Shown piece by piece: positions 46,238 to 61,500 of a stretch of 64,000 bases of DNA. Source of the DNA: Dudresnaya verticillata. Lineage: Eukaryota. Within the stretch, counting starts at the first letter, position 1. The number at the start of each line of letters is the position of its first letter. Location: assembly GCA_977862235.1 (NCBI GenBank), contig OZ374557.1, positions 2,356,001-2,420,000 on the forward strand. Direction: 5' to 3'. The notes under the pieces are model-generated. The model was not told the DNA's origin. It did not search any database and saw only the letters and a list, made by a program, of their open reading frames with translations. Made by a program: the position numbers and the translations under genes.

Positions 46238-47203
46238 TTGGGAGGGATACCATCAGCCGAGGTTACTGAAATGAAGACGAGAACCAAGATAGGTCGTTCT
46301 GATACCGCTATTGATAACTCTATTTTGCCGGCGCATACTCCCCTTCCACAATACAGGGCTCGTGCTCGCATATGTATTGAAACAAGCGTCGATATCAACA
46401 TGTGCAGCATTAACTGCCCCGAATACGTGGCGAAGAAGGAATCAATTTGCTGGTCCCAGTTTCGAGAGGATAGTGCGTTAAACTTCGCGTGTCTGAACAT
46501 TCCACGTGGCAGGCATGATGAATCCAATCGTGTGTTTAGGTACAAAAAGTACACGGTATATAGCCCAGCGGAACAATAGCGATCCAAGGTACTGATGCAG
46601 AAATCCCCCGCTGATGTACTACCCCCGGTGGGAGTTCAAACGCACATCCTCGTACGTAAGGGGAAGATATCTGACTTCGTACCTAGGGAGCCTACACGAG
46701 AAGTCAGTGCTGAACTGCTTGGGAAGAGCCAGGATCTGTCGTGTCTGGATTTCAATGCCCTGCGCAGACCAGAGGAAACTGACAAAGATATGGTCCGCCG
46801 CATTGGTGAGTCCAACTTACTCGCATTAATTGACAACTGAATCTCCGAAGGCAAGCGGTTCACCGGCCTTGAGGCATTGGGAATCAGACTATTCGACCGG
46901 TCTGTTTTTCCTACATTTATGGAACGCGTTCATGGACAGGCAAATGCAAAGAACTACGGACAAACGGAACGAGTTGGAGGTTTCAAGACCTTCCTAGTTT
47001 ATATTCAGCAGAGAGAGGAAAAGAAGCTGATGTCAAATCCCGACACAGCTATTGTGCTGGAAGTACTCTCGCGGGGACATGGCAAATTCAAAAGCCGCCA
47101 GGAGCGTAATTCGTATTACGTCGCTCGTCAAGAATACAACCGTCGACATCTTTTCGTTTCTAACATTACCGACGACGAAAGGTACGGCCGTAAGCACACG
47201 TAG
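46238..47203 (+). pseudogene. Disrupted unknown ORF, duplicate copy
   Basis: Copy of 11364-12329. Confidence 0.55.
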
Positions 47204-49240
47204 TCAAGACCGACGCGCGTCTCCAAGTACTACTCCTTGCTACGCAATCAGATTGATTGGTCGACTTCATCCTTGGTCGATATTAAACAGACTTGCATGA
47301 CGAATCTTTCTTATACATGACGCGCACGTCATGCTCCGCACGGGCCACCCTTGCCTCCTTTACCTCCACAGTCCCTTCTGCGTCAGTTTTGGCAAAATGC
47401 CAAGTCAGGAGAAGGCGGCACATTCGCTCCATCTCCCGTACTGGCTCGCTTGCCAGGCGAATCGCCTCGACCAAGACGGCATCGATTTCATGAGCTTCGG
47501 ATCCGGAGAAAGCATCCCCCGATACGTAATCAAGCTTCCTCATACCCCCACGGTATACCACTGTGAGCATGTTCTGGTCATGATCGTATTGACCCATAAC
47601 GACCTCAAACTCCCGAGCACGCTTCTGTTCCATGACTCTTTCTTTATCCTTCACCTCCAAGGATCGCATTATGCGTTCCGAAAATTGCAAAGAGTCACCA
47701 TTAAGGCGGCGCTGCTGCTCTGCCAATCGACGCCTCCATTCACAGCGCATGAGGTCATGAAATGCGCAGAAACCTGACTGTATGTCGTCCGGCAACACCG
47801 GGAGGTCAATGAGCATGTCGATAGTAATAGGAATGACTACACTTCGGCAAGAAATCCTCTTCCCTGTGTGTACAGCCGTATTTCTGTTCCTCAGTACCGT
47901 AGAGGAGGTCTGTGAAATGCAACGATTGCGCGCTTTTAAACGGAAAGTAACACTTGTAGCTAATGGGTTTTGCTGTGTACGAGGCTTAGGCATTCTCTGT
48001 ATACAAATAGGGATATATCTTCGATTGGACACGTTCAAATTCCGGTAATCAGAATGACCGTACTGTACCGAAGCACTTATACCGGCAGAAGTATGAGGAC
48101 CCTGCAAAAATGCAGCCTCAACTTGCTGGATAGTTCACATACACCGCCCAGATATTAGGTGGAACCGCAGATCAGACTATCTGAACCTCCGCAGAATAGG
48201 GCTTTTCTGTATTGCTAGAACGAGGACATGTTGACCTGTGCACAATTCTGGAACGTATTTGCAGGGATCACTTGGACACACTGGTACATGCTGTATTATG
48301 GTCTCACGTATGGTATTAATCATTTCCCTGACCTTGATATTACTTGTATCATTGGGTAACACGCATACTTACGTTTGTCGTGGCATCCGATGGCAGATTG
48401 TGATCATCAGTTTGTTTCGGTGCTACAGTGGTCTTATGATGACCATATCTGCAGGGTGGAGGCGCAGGTTTCAGGAAATGCCAATGTTAAACGACTCTGT
48501 GAAGGCGGACAGTAACCTCTTGCCAATTCGAAAACCCGAGGTTATTCCTATCGTTTCTGAGGAACACGTTCATGTTGGTACAATTGGAATGACTGTACGT
48601 TTGCGAATCGTCTACATCACCCCAGTCCAAGGGAGTGTGCCTACGCAGGCACACGTACTTCCAATTTCCCCTCCACGTTGTGGAACTATTTCGTATGCCC
48701 ATTTCTTACCCGCCTTGAGCATTGTTTAGATACTCTGGTAGGGGAGCTGTGAATCGGAATCACTGTACGGTTGGACGGCTAGAACTGACTTCCAAATGGT
48801 TTCTGAGAAAGTACGAACTTAGGGTGAACACCCCTACCGCACAATACGTCGACATATTTACCGACGACCAATAGAACCCTGCAGTGATTTGTAGCTTCAT
48901 GAAATCTCGCGCAATGTATCAGGGCACCACCAATGGTACAGGGCTCTAACTATCTTTCCGGAAAAGTTAAAACCGTACGTGAGGCTGTTAGTCATGCGGA
49001 CAAACTTCGTTTCCAGGTTAAAGCTGGAAACCGGCATGATATATCCTGTCTTTCAATGCCGTGACCACTGACCTGACTACGGACATATTGTTGTAAACCC
49101 GAAGTGCTCTTCGTGAAAACCGCAACGCTTATCCCGTGCTCATCAGCTTAACGCAACCAGTTGGAAACACCTACGGCAACCAGTTGGAAAGACGTACGGC
49201 GACCGTTTTTTCAAAAGTGCTGAATTATACTTTTGGCTGG

Positions 49241-52170
49241 ATGGGCAAGAAACGTTCAGGAAAGGGTGCTGTTACACAATCTGAAGCGGACCAAAATTGC
49301 TCTTCTGCAAGTATGGGGAGGGCATTGTTTTCTGACGTAATGGAGGGTTCCGTGAATATGAGAATTGACCCCAGGGAGTGCTTCCCGCTAACGGCAATAA
49401 GACCCGTGGCGCGCTCCGGAGTGGAACGCCTCAAAGCTCGCATTCATCTACACTCATCAGAGAAGAAAGGCGGTGAAGGGACTATTGGGTACGTTGCCGG
49501 GTCTGACTCTCCAATTGTCATCGAAATGACAGGGTCTCTGCGGGGTCACGTCGTTGCGTATTTCAAGAATATGAAAGGGCAAGGGAAGGAGTACACGGAG
49601 GAGGAGGCTTTGGAGAAGGCAAACAATCGCTCCAAATGGTACGGCATTATTGACGGCTTGCGTAGACATTGCGTTATTTTGGAGTTAATGGAGGAGTTCC
49701 CAACAGTCTGGCAGTCTTTCGCATGGCCTGTAACGATTTTGAAGGGTGGGCACAACGTCTATGAGCTCCGGCAGCTGGCAAGACATCAGAATGAGAAACA
49801 CGACCAGGGATACTTTATCGAGACTACATTTTTTGACCTGGTCCGCGGTCTGCGGGAGGAGGCGGAGAGGTTGCAGACCAAGACTGGGAAACAACGAAAT
49901 GCCCCAAAAATTGCGGAGGCGTATGACGGTTCGAAGTTATATCGGAACAACACCATTAAACAGACTGCTCAGACAGTTATGCGGTTGGATACGAGAGTAA
50001 TTCACGCAACTGGACAAATTCCAAATGAGGAGAGACCGGATATAGCTGCAAAGATGACAGGAGACAAGGAAGGGACAACACTCGACAAGGACGGAGCAAC
50101 GAGGACGGTTGACTGCCGCGTCACAGAAAGTTCACCCACATTTCATCACAGAAGTCTGCAATCGCCTTCATGAATGGGAACAAACTGGATGATGGCGTAG
50201 AAATACAGATTTCATCTTTGTACCGACTACGCGAAGTACATCGACTTCAGAGGTTCCGGTCAGTCACCAGCTTTCAGACTCTGGAACAATTTGGAAGGGC
50301 GAAGGCAGCAATGAGGGAAGCACGGAAATTCTAACGCCTTATCGAGAGCCAGAGTTGGCCTGAAGGTATGAACGTCATTCGCCAGAATCTCCTTCGTTCC
50401 ACGAAGCAGGACCACGAGGTGCGTGCAAACTTCGGAATTGACCACGATGTGCTCAAGCTCTTGATAGCCGTTTATCGAAGGGAATGCCTGCAACAAGCTC
50501 CAGTTAAGGAAAAGAAATTCAAGCACCAGTTCCAAGCAGAAACGGATTCTGGGAAAGATACATCTCTAGACATAGGAGAAAGTGACAGGCCAATAGTTTC
50601 AGCTTCCGAGATTGATAAGACGAGTTCTGAAGTTGATGGAAAAACTCAAGGGGGGAAAGAAAAAGACTCGAAGGGGGCCCTTGGTGGCCAAAAGCAGTCG
50701 GAAGCCGTTAAGGAGACTGTAACTGACACGCAGAGGCAGATTACGCAATCGGTCCTGGATCCTACAGACGACAACGACACAGGCGCATTAGCTGGTAACA
50801 ATGACATCCCGAACGAGTGTATTGGACCGGGTAGTCGTTCTGTTTCTTCAACACGCAATTCGGAGAGACTGGATACCGGTTCTGATCTGGAGGGGAAGGA
50901 CCCGCTTTCCAAATGCAGGATACGAACATATCAGATGAAGTGGGAGGAATATGACCAATCAATCAGGAATGAATGCAGTCCTCTATTTGACGTCGTGCTT
51001 GCTGACCCTCCGTATGGAACCCCGAAGGGAATGTCAAATGCTGGAACTGCATACGCAAACCATTTCAGTGAAGAAGACATCAAGCGCCTTTGCGAGTTTT
51101 GTAGACGTTTTGTGAAGGAGGGTGGTTGGGTGTTTCTGTTCTGCAGCTTCTTGAAATTCCCGTTGTTTCAAAAGGCACTTACCGACAACAATTTCGATAG
51201 TCCGCAGTACCCTTTCTTACTCTGCAAAGACACAACTACTGTCCAGATAAGTCGCAAGAAGGGACTGGAGAATGCGGCTGAGGCAGCAGCCTTCGGAAGA
51301 CACAAGGGTACATCCAAGAACTCTTTCTCTCCAGACCTCTCCAGCCCGTACCACGTCATCTCGTGTAAGGAGCGACGAACTTTTGCTGTGATGACCTCTG
51401 TTCCCGTACCCAGAGATAAGCTCATGAAGCCAGGGACTAGCAGGGCACCAGTTCTGACGGAGGAGAAAAATCCTGATGCACTTAGTGAGATCATCACACC
51501 CTTCTGCCCTGAAGGCGGCTCGGCCCTAGAATCTCATGCGGGTACAATGACTACAGGCATTGCCTGCGTTCGGACAGACAGAGAGTGTTACCTCGTCGAA
51601 AGAAACCCGGAAACATACAGACTGGCTCGTGCACGCCTGCACCGCATGGCAGAGGAGAAGCAGAACGGGTCGTATCAAGATTCAGGGGTCCAAGCACAGA
51701 AGCGCTCGGCAAAACAGATGGACAAACAGCCGGACACGAAGAGGGTACGCACTGATCAGTCTGAAAGGGAATCACAGACTCTAATGATGTCCCCAGGTAA
51801 GCAACAGTCTGGGAAACGTACAGGAAAACCTAGGGAGAAACCGCTGTCATGCGATCGACCGCAACGCAAAGGTGGTGACGCAGTTTGGCTGCTGTGTGGT
51901 CCAGATAAGGTTGGGAAGGCAGTACTGCAACCGGGTAACGACGCCCACGGACTGAAGACAGAAATACACCAGCAAGGGTTGCGGGAGCTCGGCAAGGAGG
52001 GAGACAATCTCGTGGCTGTATTTTCCTTCAAAGTTCGCGATGCGTTCGCGGAGAGGCCGTACAAGTACACTTTTACGGGTCCGGAGGAACCGCCAGCACT
52101 GCTGCGAGACTTAAACGCATTCTTCGTATGGGATCTTCACATGATGGAGGGTTGTGATAGAGAGCCATGA
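49241..52170 (+). pseudogene. ParB-like + beta-class amino-MTase fusion, duplicate copy
   Basis: Same motifs and same two lesions; MTase ORF 50368-52170. Confidence 0.85.
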
Positions 52171-53783
52171 AAGTCTGCTCCATCTATTTTTGGGCTGTAC
52201 CGGATGTACAGTCTGCCAGTCGAGGGCGGCGGACGGTCCACTGCACATTTCCAGCTGGAAGGAACTATGGCATCCATGCACGCTCGTCGCGACCAAGGCA
52301 GCGGAAGTTCGGATGTCGACCCTGCTCGCCTACTGTCCGAATTGCGTGCTCTTCGAGGCGAGGTGGAAGGATTAAGGACGGCAGTGGAAAGAGCTCGACA
52401 ACGAATGAGGGCGGTGGTTGCCGCTGTTATGGACCGATTGTCCAGAGTAGTGATAAACGCCGTTTATATTGCCCGAAGTGCTAGAAGAAGGCTGCGGTCA
52501 ATCGGAAGGGTAGATACAACGCAACGAAGAAGATGAGCCCGACCTGGACTTCGACATTGAGAATCAGTTTCAAGCTTCCATGTGACTTTTTCAGACTTCG
52601 TACAAAAACAATGCCGCTACCTGTCAATCCAACAATGGCAGAAGTGCAGCGAGAGTTGGCACTTCTACGTGCTGAAATCTACCATCTTCGCAACACTGTG
52701 CGGGAGCTAGAAACCGAAGTGCAAAGGGCATTTGATTTCGTAAGACACCTTGTGCATGACTTCGGGAGAAGGACGTTGAGAAAACTTCGATGGTCAGGAT
52801 CCGGATTCAAGACCTGCATAGTTCCGTTCGTGTCGTCAGAGGACGTCAAGATCGCAATGTAGAAGACCCTTCTTCCGATTCCGTCTAGAACTGAGTAGAC
52901 TGCCATCGGGCTGTAGTAAAGATGAGAACGGCCCTAGCACTTACCATCAAGGGTTGCCACTGCGGGAAGCCTGGAGACCAGCAGTGGAATCCATTGCACA
53001 CATTTGTAATGGGACACGGCCATTGCGAACTATTCGTCTTTGCCCTCTTCCGTGAATAACTAGCCCCGAAGGTCCTTCGCTTCGCTGCTCGCGTTTCGCG
53101 CATGCACTCGAGTTCCGCAGACTTAGAGATTCAGCCGTGCGGAATCAGGACATCGACCAGCTCGAAGTGCTTTTCGGTTTTGAGGCTCGCAAGAGACTTG
53201 TTAACTTCAAGCTCGATTTTAGTCGCCTACCGTATCTCACGTTAGAAAGTTTGGCTCCTATTGCACAGGCGCAAAAGGCAGAGCCTGACCCGTTTCAGTC
53301 ATACACGCATGTCTCCGAGCTCAGGAAGGAACTTAGAGAACTCCGTCTCGCGTTTGCGGGCACGGAAGTCGCGTCGGAGCATAGTGACTCGGTTGAAGGT
53401 GCGCTTATTGCCGCCTATGAGGCGATAGAGTATACCCTGCGCATTGGTTCTTGATGTCTTGGAGCGCAGGCATCCGGAACTTGACACCAGCTGTGGCTGT
53501 CCGGGTAGAGATATGCGCCAGAGTCCACCCCTTGATATGATAAAGGCGTCAGACATGTCGCCCTCACAAATGCGCCGCCCCGAATCACTTAAGTCTCAGG
53601 TTCCGGGAGTGGTGGTGATGAGCGCCTAGGTCATTTGCAGTTGGGCAGTGTCTCTACCAGCGGTTTATCAATTTTTCGCGCGGAGTGGAGCACTGAATCG
53701 TTGGAAGCTCTCTCGCCGAAAACCATAATACTGTTCATGAAACGGCTGCATGCCCTCCGTGTGCATTGGGTGATTCTCATCAT

Positions 53784-54668
53784 CTATGAAGCTACCTTCT
53801 GCAAGTCTCTCACCTCATCAACAACGCGTAACACATCGTCTGCAACCAGTCGCAGTAGCAACTCTCGCTTTCCTCTACTTTCAGCATCATGCCCATTGGT
53901 CGCCTTCTCAAAGTTTTCGATGCCAGTTGTTTTCTTCAGCAAGCGCATGCTTTCCATCACAGCAGCAACGATTGTCTCTCCCTTCGCGGCACGCGCAAAG
54001 AACTCATGCTTGACAAAGACATTATCACCAGCTTCGTCAGAGGCTGGAAACAACGCTGCCTCATCTCCGAGGTAGTCCACATGCGCGCGATAGAACACAG
54101 GAACGATAGATGGCACGCGGGCGAGAACTTTCGCAGCATGCGCGCAGCGTTTCTGGAAGCACATATCTGATATCAGCTCGCAAATCGTCCAAAGCTTGGC
54201 GGGAAACTCGGGCGACACAATGAAGACACCGACTCGAGCTTTCTCCATTGCCGTATCCATCGAGCCGTGTGCGTCATTGCCAACTGCGAGACTTTCCCTG
54301 TCTACGAATGCTGATACGCCCCGGTCGCGGAGCATCCTCCACAAAGACATAGCCATCGTCTCCTTGTCCAGCCCACTGTGGCACATGAACACGTCATACC
54401 CCGACGCATTGAGATAGGCCTGCTTTTCCAGGGCCATCCGCATCTCGTGCTTCAGTGATGGGAAGCCTTTTCCGAGTATGATCGCGCTCTTGTGCAACGA
54501 TCCCAACTCCAATCTTAGTGGGACTGTAGGTTGGGCTTCATCACGCTGCGAGAGAGCGTTCCACTTCTCAGACTGCGGAGTAGCTTCGCGCAAAGTCCAA
54601 CTTTCGTCCGGTACCCACCGTCCCTCATGAATCTCAGTCCGACGCCGCCGCTCCCGCCCCCGGACCAC
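53784..54668 (-). CDS. Toll/IL-1 receptor domain protein, duplicate copy
   Basis: Translation identical to 18910-19794. Confidence 0.9.
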   Translation of the reverse strand: MVRGRERRRRTEIHEGRWVPDESWTLREATPQSEKWNALSQRDEAQPTVPLRLELGSLHKSAIILGKGFPSLKHEMRMALEKQAYLNASGYDVFMCHSGLDKETMAMSLWRMLRDRGVSAFVDRESLAVGNDAHGSMDTAMEKARVGVFIVSPEFPAKLWTICELISDMCFQKRCAHAAKVLARVPSIVPVFYRAHVDYLGDEAALFPASDEAGDNVFVKHEFFARAAKGETIVAAVMESMRLLKKTTGIENFEKATNGHDAESRGKRELLLRLVADDVLRVVDEVRDLQKVAS

Positions 54669-55612
54669 AACACACTTCCCCTCTTGCTGCTGGTCTTCCT
54701 GGCTGCGCCGCTTCAGGTTTGCGCCGTCGAGCTTCCACGGTCACTGCTTCTCGCGCGCAACTATTCAGACTGCCCCGTCTTCCTGCCAGACGTCGCCCCC
54801 CGGGCGCCGGCCAGACCCGCATCGTCGGTGGCCAGCCGCCATGGACTTTATGCGCTCCCATCTCGTCTCGTTCCATGCGGAGGGCTGCGGGGCCTCCCTC
54901 ATATCCAGGCGTTGGGCTATCACAGCTGGTAGTGTATGCAGCTGACAAGCGTCCTATGCAGATTGCCATCGTCTCTTTCGGCTATGGCTGCGCACGGCCG
55001 CGCACGGCCGAAAATCCCTGGCGCCTACACACGACAAACATCACAAGCACCGACGCCGACGGACCCTCCAAGCGGAACAACGTCACCGCCCACGCAGCCA
55101 TCATCTGCAGCGAGCGCTAAACCGAGCACGACGCCGGATGCGAAGGGAGGAAGCAGTGGGGACGGGGCGGGGGCGAGGGCTCGACCTACGCTGTGAAAAG
55201 GGTTCCAGTCGTGTGCTGCCCTTGTCAAGGGCGCTGGTGTTGTGTGGTGTGCGTTTTCTTGAGTGGCATGCCAGTGCGTTTTCAGATGATGTCAGGCTCG
55301 GAGCGGTGCGGCTGGGCGTCTCGGGAAACGTAGCAAACGCAGGAGGACCAAAGTGAAAAGCTATAAACGAATATGAATATCAGCCAATAGCTAATGGCGC
55401 CGGAGAAATGTAGTATCTATTTTCTTAGCTTTTTGATTTCCTCCTCCGCGGGAGCTACATAGCTCCCGTGTTTCCCGAAATCACAATACCTAAGAAAATA
55501 GATATTTACACTCGCGGCATTCCGTTAGCTACATAGCCCCCATTGTCGCCGAAATGGGAAACCTAAGAAAATAGCTTTTCGAATCTGTCGGCGACAGGGA
55601 GCTACCGTCCTC

Positions 55613-57601
55613 GTGGTCACCGCCGTCTCCTACCATCACCACCTCCTCTCTTTTCAAGCTCGAGACGACACAGACGATGCCGTTAATCCCGGGCGATTCT
55701 TCCGCGGTACGCCGCGCGCGGTTGCGGAGGTAACCGCATTATCACGCCAGTCCCTGCCAGAATGGATAGTTGACGAGACCATTCTTAGAGCTCTGAACTT
55801 AATGCGTTACAATACAATACTATTGCTCTCCCACCCGTGTCTGCGTCTGACCCGATGGCTCCTCCCTCTTCCTCTCGGGGCTCCCATATCTACCGCCCAT
55901 GTATGCCGCCGCTGTCTATGCCTCGCTCCTCGCTATCCTTATCTCCTACGTCATCCACGATGCCGTTCTGCTCCCCACGGCTCAGCTCCATTCTCGTCGC
56001 ATTCCGCGAGTCATACTCGCTCTGCTCGTGGTCGGTTTCTTTGTCGTCGCAATGCACGCCGGCCAACCCCCTATCCGGTTTGCGCCATACATTCGTGCAA
56101 CTCTGCCCTTGTTTCACTGAGGTTCCCTTCGTGAGTATACGATGGGAATCCTTTCCGTTGTAAGCCCTTTCATCGATGTCGTGAGAGTCGTCGCTCTATT
56201 TGCGTTCTTCTTCAGTTGGCTCGTTACCATTCTGTTCCATGATGTTCCAGAGTTCGATCGCTACTTCGGCGACCTCACCTCTGGGCTCTACTAGTAGACA
56301 GCGGAGCTCCGCTTTCGCTTCGTTAACAACTGCGGATTGGCCGATGCAGATCATGGCTGTTTTGGATTTCTCGAGTGCAAGTGCGTTGATGTTCTTGGTG
56401 TTCATCGTCATTAGAGACTTTCTGTTTTTCAATGTCTTGCTCGCTGTTGTATACAGGCCATATCGAGGAATTTGTTATCGATAAGCTACAAGCGCGTAGG
56501 AATGGTATTGCAACCGTGGGTTAGCGTACGACATCTTGGGTGGTGACGATGGAAATTGCATGGTCCCAGATATCAAACTCCTGTTTGACTAACTTTGGAA
56601 GAACAACAAGCACAGCCACATGGATGATAAGCGAGTGGATCTGGTCTTTACAGCCCTGGGTGGCAATCAGGACAACAGCCTTAGTCGTAAGGAGTTTTCG
56701 GACGTAGTCGACGTGCTTCAACTCAAGCTCATCATTGCGCTCGAGAGAATCTATCCGATGGAAATGTTTGCCCGGAACTATATGAAGCATCGTGGTGGCA
56801 GTCTATTGCTTCTTATGCGCGTCATAATGCCCATACATATCATATGTGCGTTGTCATGGCCGTCAATCTCATTGTCGTCGTGATTGAGACGACAATGGAT
56901 CTGCGGAACAAGGACTCTCAAGGAATCCAGTTGGTTTTGTTGTTCTCGACTGTGGGTTCTCCGCTCTCTATATGTTGGAAATGGTTATGAGCGCTGCCAG
57001 TCTAGGTTTGATGTACGTCTTCGCGGCCGCTGGAGTTGAGCTACTTGGTGGTCTGATCTATACGTCGAATCCTGCACTGAGTCCTAAAACCAATCAAATC
57101 TTGGACGGGTATGTTGGCAACGACTACTGGCCACTCATCTTAACTTAACTAAACATACCGTTGATTTACACAGTATGGGATCAGGATGGTAGACATTATT
57201 TTCTTCCGTCATCGTTGCATCTCTTACAGAAATTGCAGAAGCGCAGAAGCGATTGCATCAGCGTCGAGTTATGGGAACTGGACCAAGTGGTTCGTCTTGC
57301 TTACCTTTATCGTGCATTCACGTGTTGCTGTTAACAGCATGATTCTATATACAATTGGATATCCAACTACATGTTAGCTTTCTTTATGGACATCTTCGTG
57401 ATGGAAGACGAGCAGGAAGATGACGACGTTCAACTGTTACAAAATCGCTACGGTTCTGAGCGAGTCAATGTCTTGCAAGCTAAGACAACGGTTGAGCAAA
57501 TTTACGTCGCTACATTCCGGGAAAGAGGCCAAGAAATTTTCGATTCGGACTCTCCAGACGTAGACCCATGGATGCTGCCGCATATGCCTTCCTACGCCTA
57601 G
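55613..57601 (+). pseudogene. TPC1: TPC1-like pseudogene, duplicate copy with an extra 11-bp deletion
   Basis: Copy of 20738-22737; lacks the bases corresponding to 21581-21591. Confidence 0.85.
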
Positions 57602-58594
57602 AAATGATGTCTCTGTCCAACATGTAAGTGCTCGTTAAAATAGTTCATGATAAAGAGTGCAGCGGATGGAGTATGGACGCTAGTAGGGATAGCATCCGCA
57701 TGCGGATGCATTCGTAGTGAGAACTAAACCGCTGTGGTGGACTTGCAAATCCAAAGATGAACTTTCCATTTCACGAAAGAGCTGCAGTGCAGCGTGGGTA
57801 GCTTTCTAAAAAGAGCTCCTTGTGATTACAAAGTCGAGATGATACGCGTCCGCACCATTTCAAGCTCACGATGGGACCGTCTATCTCGAGATGTGGCATG
57901 TATTCACTGTTTGGAAACGATAATGTTAAATCCCAATTGTAACCACAGGTGGCAACGCCAGACATACTTCGATTTGGGCGACGCGGCAGCAGATGGAGGT
58001 TTCTTTCCTGGTGGGCTTCAGGTGTCATGTGAGTTGCTTGTCACAAGAATATGTTGAGCAGGCGTGTTGATGAGGAGGTTGAACCTCCTTCGTTTGGAAA
58101 CCCTCACACTGAGCCCCGAGACGACATGAGCATCAAGGTTATTTCAGTCGAACACCGCAAGCTGACGTTGCCCGTTCGTGACGTATAGACTCATTGCACA
58201 CCTTTTGCTGTGCACGAAAGCACTGGCGCAATGCCTCAATCTCCTTTTATTACTAGTGAAGACAATCGCATCCATTCTGCGATACCCCGAGTAGCTACTC
58301 GCTAGCACGCTACCGTTCTCATGTGGTCAGCCAAAATTTCATACTGTACCAATGCAGAAGAGAGACCAGTGGTTCTGTTTCGCTTACTTCATTTGCATGC
58401 TGCAGGCATTGAAGGTGTTTATCTCACGACTGCTATTCTAAAAGTAATCCGATTTACCCAGCAACGATGCTGCCTCATGACGCAGCGTGCACGCTCTGTT
58501 CCATAGCGTTACATGCTTTCACTCTAACTCTTTCCCATTTCTGCACCCAGAATATTGACACCCCTTTGACGCTTGTTTCGGCTTCACCTCCGTC

Positions 58595-61500
58595 TCACTC
58601 GAGGCTAGTTGCTTTCCATGTCATTTGCTCCTGGTCCCCCGCCTCTACAGAAGTACTAATTTCCGGATCGTCTCCTCTCTTTTGCATCTCTAGGGCTTCC
58701 CTGATCTTTCGCTGCACCGTGACGGGTATTCCAGAGTTGGTTAAACGCGCGAACTCCACTAAAACCGACTTCCCCGGGACCGTATCGCTCCACGGTTTGA
58801 CATGTCCATTTGCATCGGTTATTCTCGCCTTCCGATAACGCCCGGTGAAAGTATTCCCTCGAGTACTCCTTCTATGGTACCACTCTACTTGAAAATTGGT
58901 AACCTTGCCCCCCCGCCCGTCTCCCAATTCATCACCTGCCCAAGCCAGAACGGGCATCCTTCGGTACAATCGTCGGCTAGTACGGCTACAAAGCTGTTCT
59001 TCGTGTAAGTGAGGTCCTGTTCCACTACATTCTCAGCATCTGACCCCGATTCCAAGGGTGCGCTAGGGCCGCTCCCATCCGGTTTGTAAGCCCCTTCCAA
59101 CTCAAACACATCCGCCAATGCCCAGTGGAATGGGTCTTCACGGTCCTCGTAAACTCTATCACGAAGTGTCAATAGCTTCTGTAGCTTACTGTGATTGTTG
59201 ATTCTGGTCTCGGCGGATCGTAGACGCTTGGTTACTTCGTGTTCATCTGGCGGTGCTCGACAGGGAGTCGGTGGAGTCCGGTGCAAGTTGGGGGAAATAA
59301 CAAAAATCGCCCTGGCCATCTCGCGTATGTAACGGTTTCCAAGAGTCTTTGCAGCCCCTCTTCACTTCGCAGAGAGTCGTGAACGTACCGGCGTCTGTGT
59401 CCTTAGCTCCTTCGGCACTGAACCTAAAGTATCGATATTCTGAAATGGGCCCGGTACGCCCGAGGCATCTGGTCTCTTTGCACAACCCGGAGAAATTAAT
59501 AATGTGCAACATCTCCGTGACACGCGGTTGAGGAGTGTATGATTGCCGTAGTTCGTGCATGAGGTCGTCCATGATAATGGCGTCTCGAACGCGTAATCTC
59601 TTCGAAGTGCAGCTGAACACTTGATCGATATCGGCATGCGTGTGACCGATGGGGAGAAACGACGCATGCACTTCCGGAAATACACCCATAGCAACGAGAT
59701 ACTCCAAGTAGCCGAACATAAACCTGTTCATATTTTCCCTAGTACAGTTGTCGACCTGGAGGAACAACGTACCCTTCAGTGGCATCCTGTCTCTGCGTGC
59801 TATCAATACGCCATGCAAAGCTTAGATGACATGGTTTGCGCCTGTTTCGAACTCGGCAGTCATCGTGAAAACGTTTAGATGTGGGACTTGGCCATGCTGT
59901 AAAACGCCGATTACTTTGGCCTTCATTCCGTGTCCGCGTGTGTCCTTCACCTTGATGTGGAAGTGTGACAGTCCAAATGCGTACTGGTCAGCACCGTCGA
60001 TGATGAGTGAGCAATAGTTGTTCGGATACATCGAAGCCATCTCACACTTCTTCCGATATTCTGTTCGCTCCTGCATGACCATTCTCACGTGCCCTGCCCG
60101 CCGCTCGCGAAGCGCTTCGGTTCCCGCTAGATCCGTTGCCGCTTTTGCGAGAAGATCTTTGATCTCCTCGCACTCGGAGCATTTTGCAAACCGGTGAGTT
60201 CGCCTGACCTTAATTTGCGGACAGCTGCGGAGCCAGATACTATAAAAGTAGCTCTGTGATGGTGTTGCTCTGTTAGGGTACAGAGTGCGGTGCTCAGTCA
60301 CAAACGTGTTATAGACTGCGAGCTTCTCATAAAAGGGGATGTGGATTTCAGCCTTGTCTGGTTGCGAATCACCAGACATTTCTGCGAGGCGCTCCAAGAA
60401 CGACGTTATCACCTCCATCTGTTCCGTAGACGTACCACCAACTATCAGCCCCCTCCCTTTTCTTTCGCGGCTTTTGTTTGTTCCTTTCACTGCCGATTCC
60501 AGATCTCTAGAGAAACCGAAAGCCTTGTCGAGAAATGAGTAACAAACCGGCCGTCCGCTGAAGAAGTACATGTTGGAGTTGGGTTCCAGTAGTCCCGTGA
60601 GGTATCGCTTCCTTTCCGCGCGATTCTTGTCCATCATTTTGCGTGACTCAACCCTGATGTAGACTGACTCGATGGTTCCGAAGCATTGTTTCGTTTGGCA
60701 GCAGAAAATGTTTGAGATATCCTGCATCTCCATCACCTCCACTACCTTTCTCCTCTTCACAGCCATCAAATGCCCCGATGGGGTTCCTTTCGGACGAGGA
60801 TCATGTCTATAATCCCTCTTCTGGCTCGTCCTAGCACTAGCCTGGCCGTCTCCACGCCCTTCTACTGCCATCTCCTCCCCTTCGGAGGGGTGCCGTTCCG
60901 GCGTGTCGGAATCAGCATCCTCCCCATCGTCTGCAGTCCCGACGTCAGGATTCTCTTCTTCAGAAGCGTGATCACGACCTCCCGCACATTCTTCTGCTGT
61001 AGTGTCGACGGGATTATTGTCTTATTGTGCGCCGTTCCCGGAATCTCCTTTCTCCCGTTCAGCTTCGGCTGGTTTTGGAGCCGCGTCATTACTTCCCAGT
61101 TTTGATAATCCAGCTTCCGTGTTTTCTATGCCCTCTAATTGGTACGGCCGCGGGCACATACGGGCGGGACGCTCCAGAGTATAAACCAACGCGGTCTGAG
61201 CAACTGCAGCAGAAGGGGGTGTCGAAGGCTCACCTACTATTGCAGCCGGGGGTGTAGACGGAACACGTGGTGTTGCTGGCGGTGTAGTAGTGCGGTCATT
61301 ACCTTCTTGGTGTGGCTGAGCGCTGGGATCAGACTGACCGGTACGGGTGATTTTTTTCGTCACTGTCCGCTTATGAGCAAGTCCCTGACCCCCCTACGGC
61401 CTGACCGCCTAGTTGACGTCCTGGTACGAACAGTGTGCCTCCCACTCGGTTTCTCCATCTCTATCCGAGGGCAAGCTTCCCCGGTCGCCACGCCGGCTTC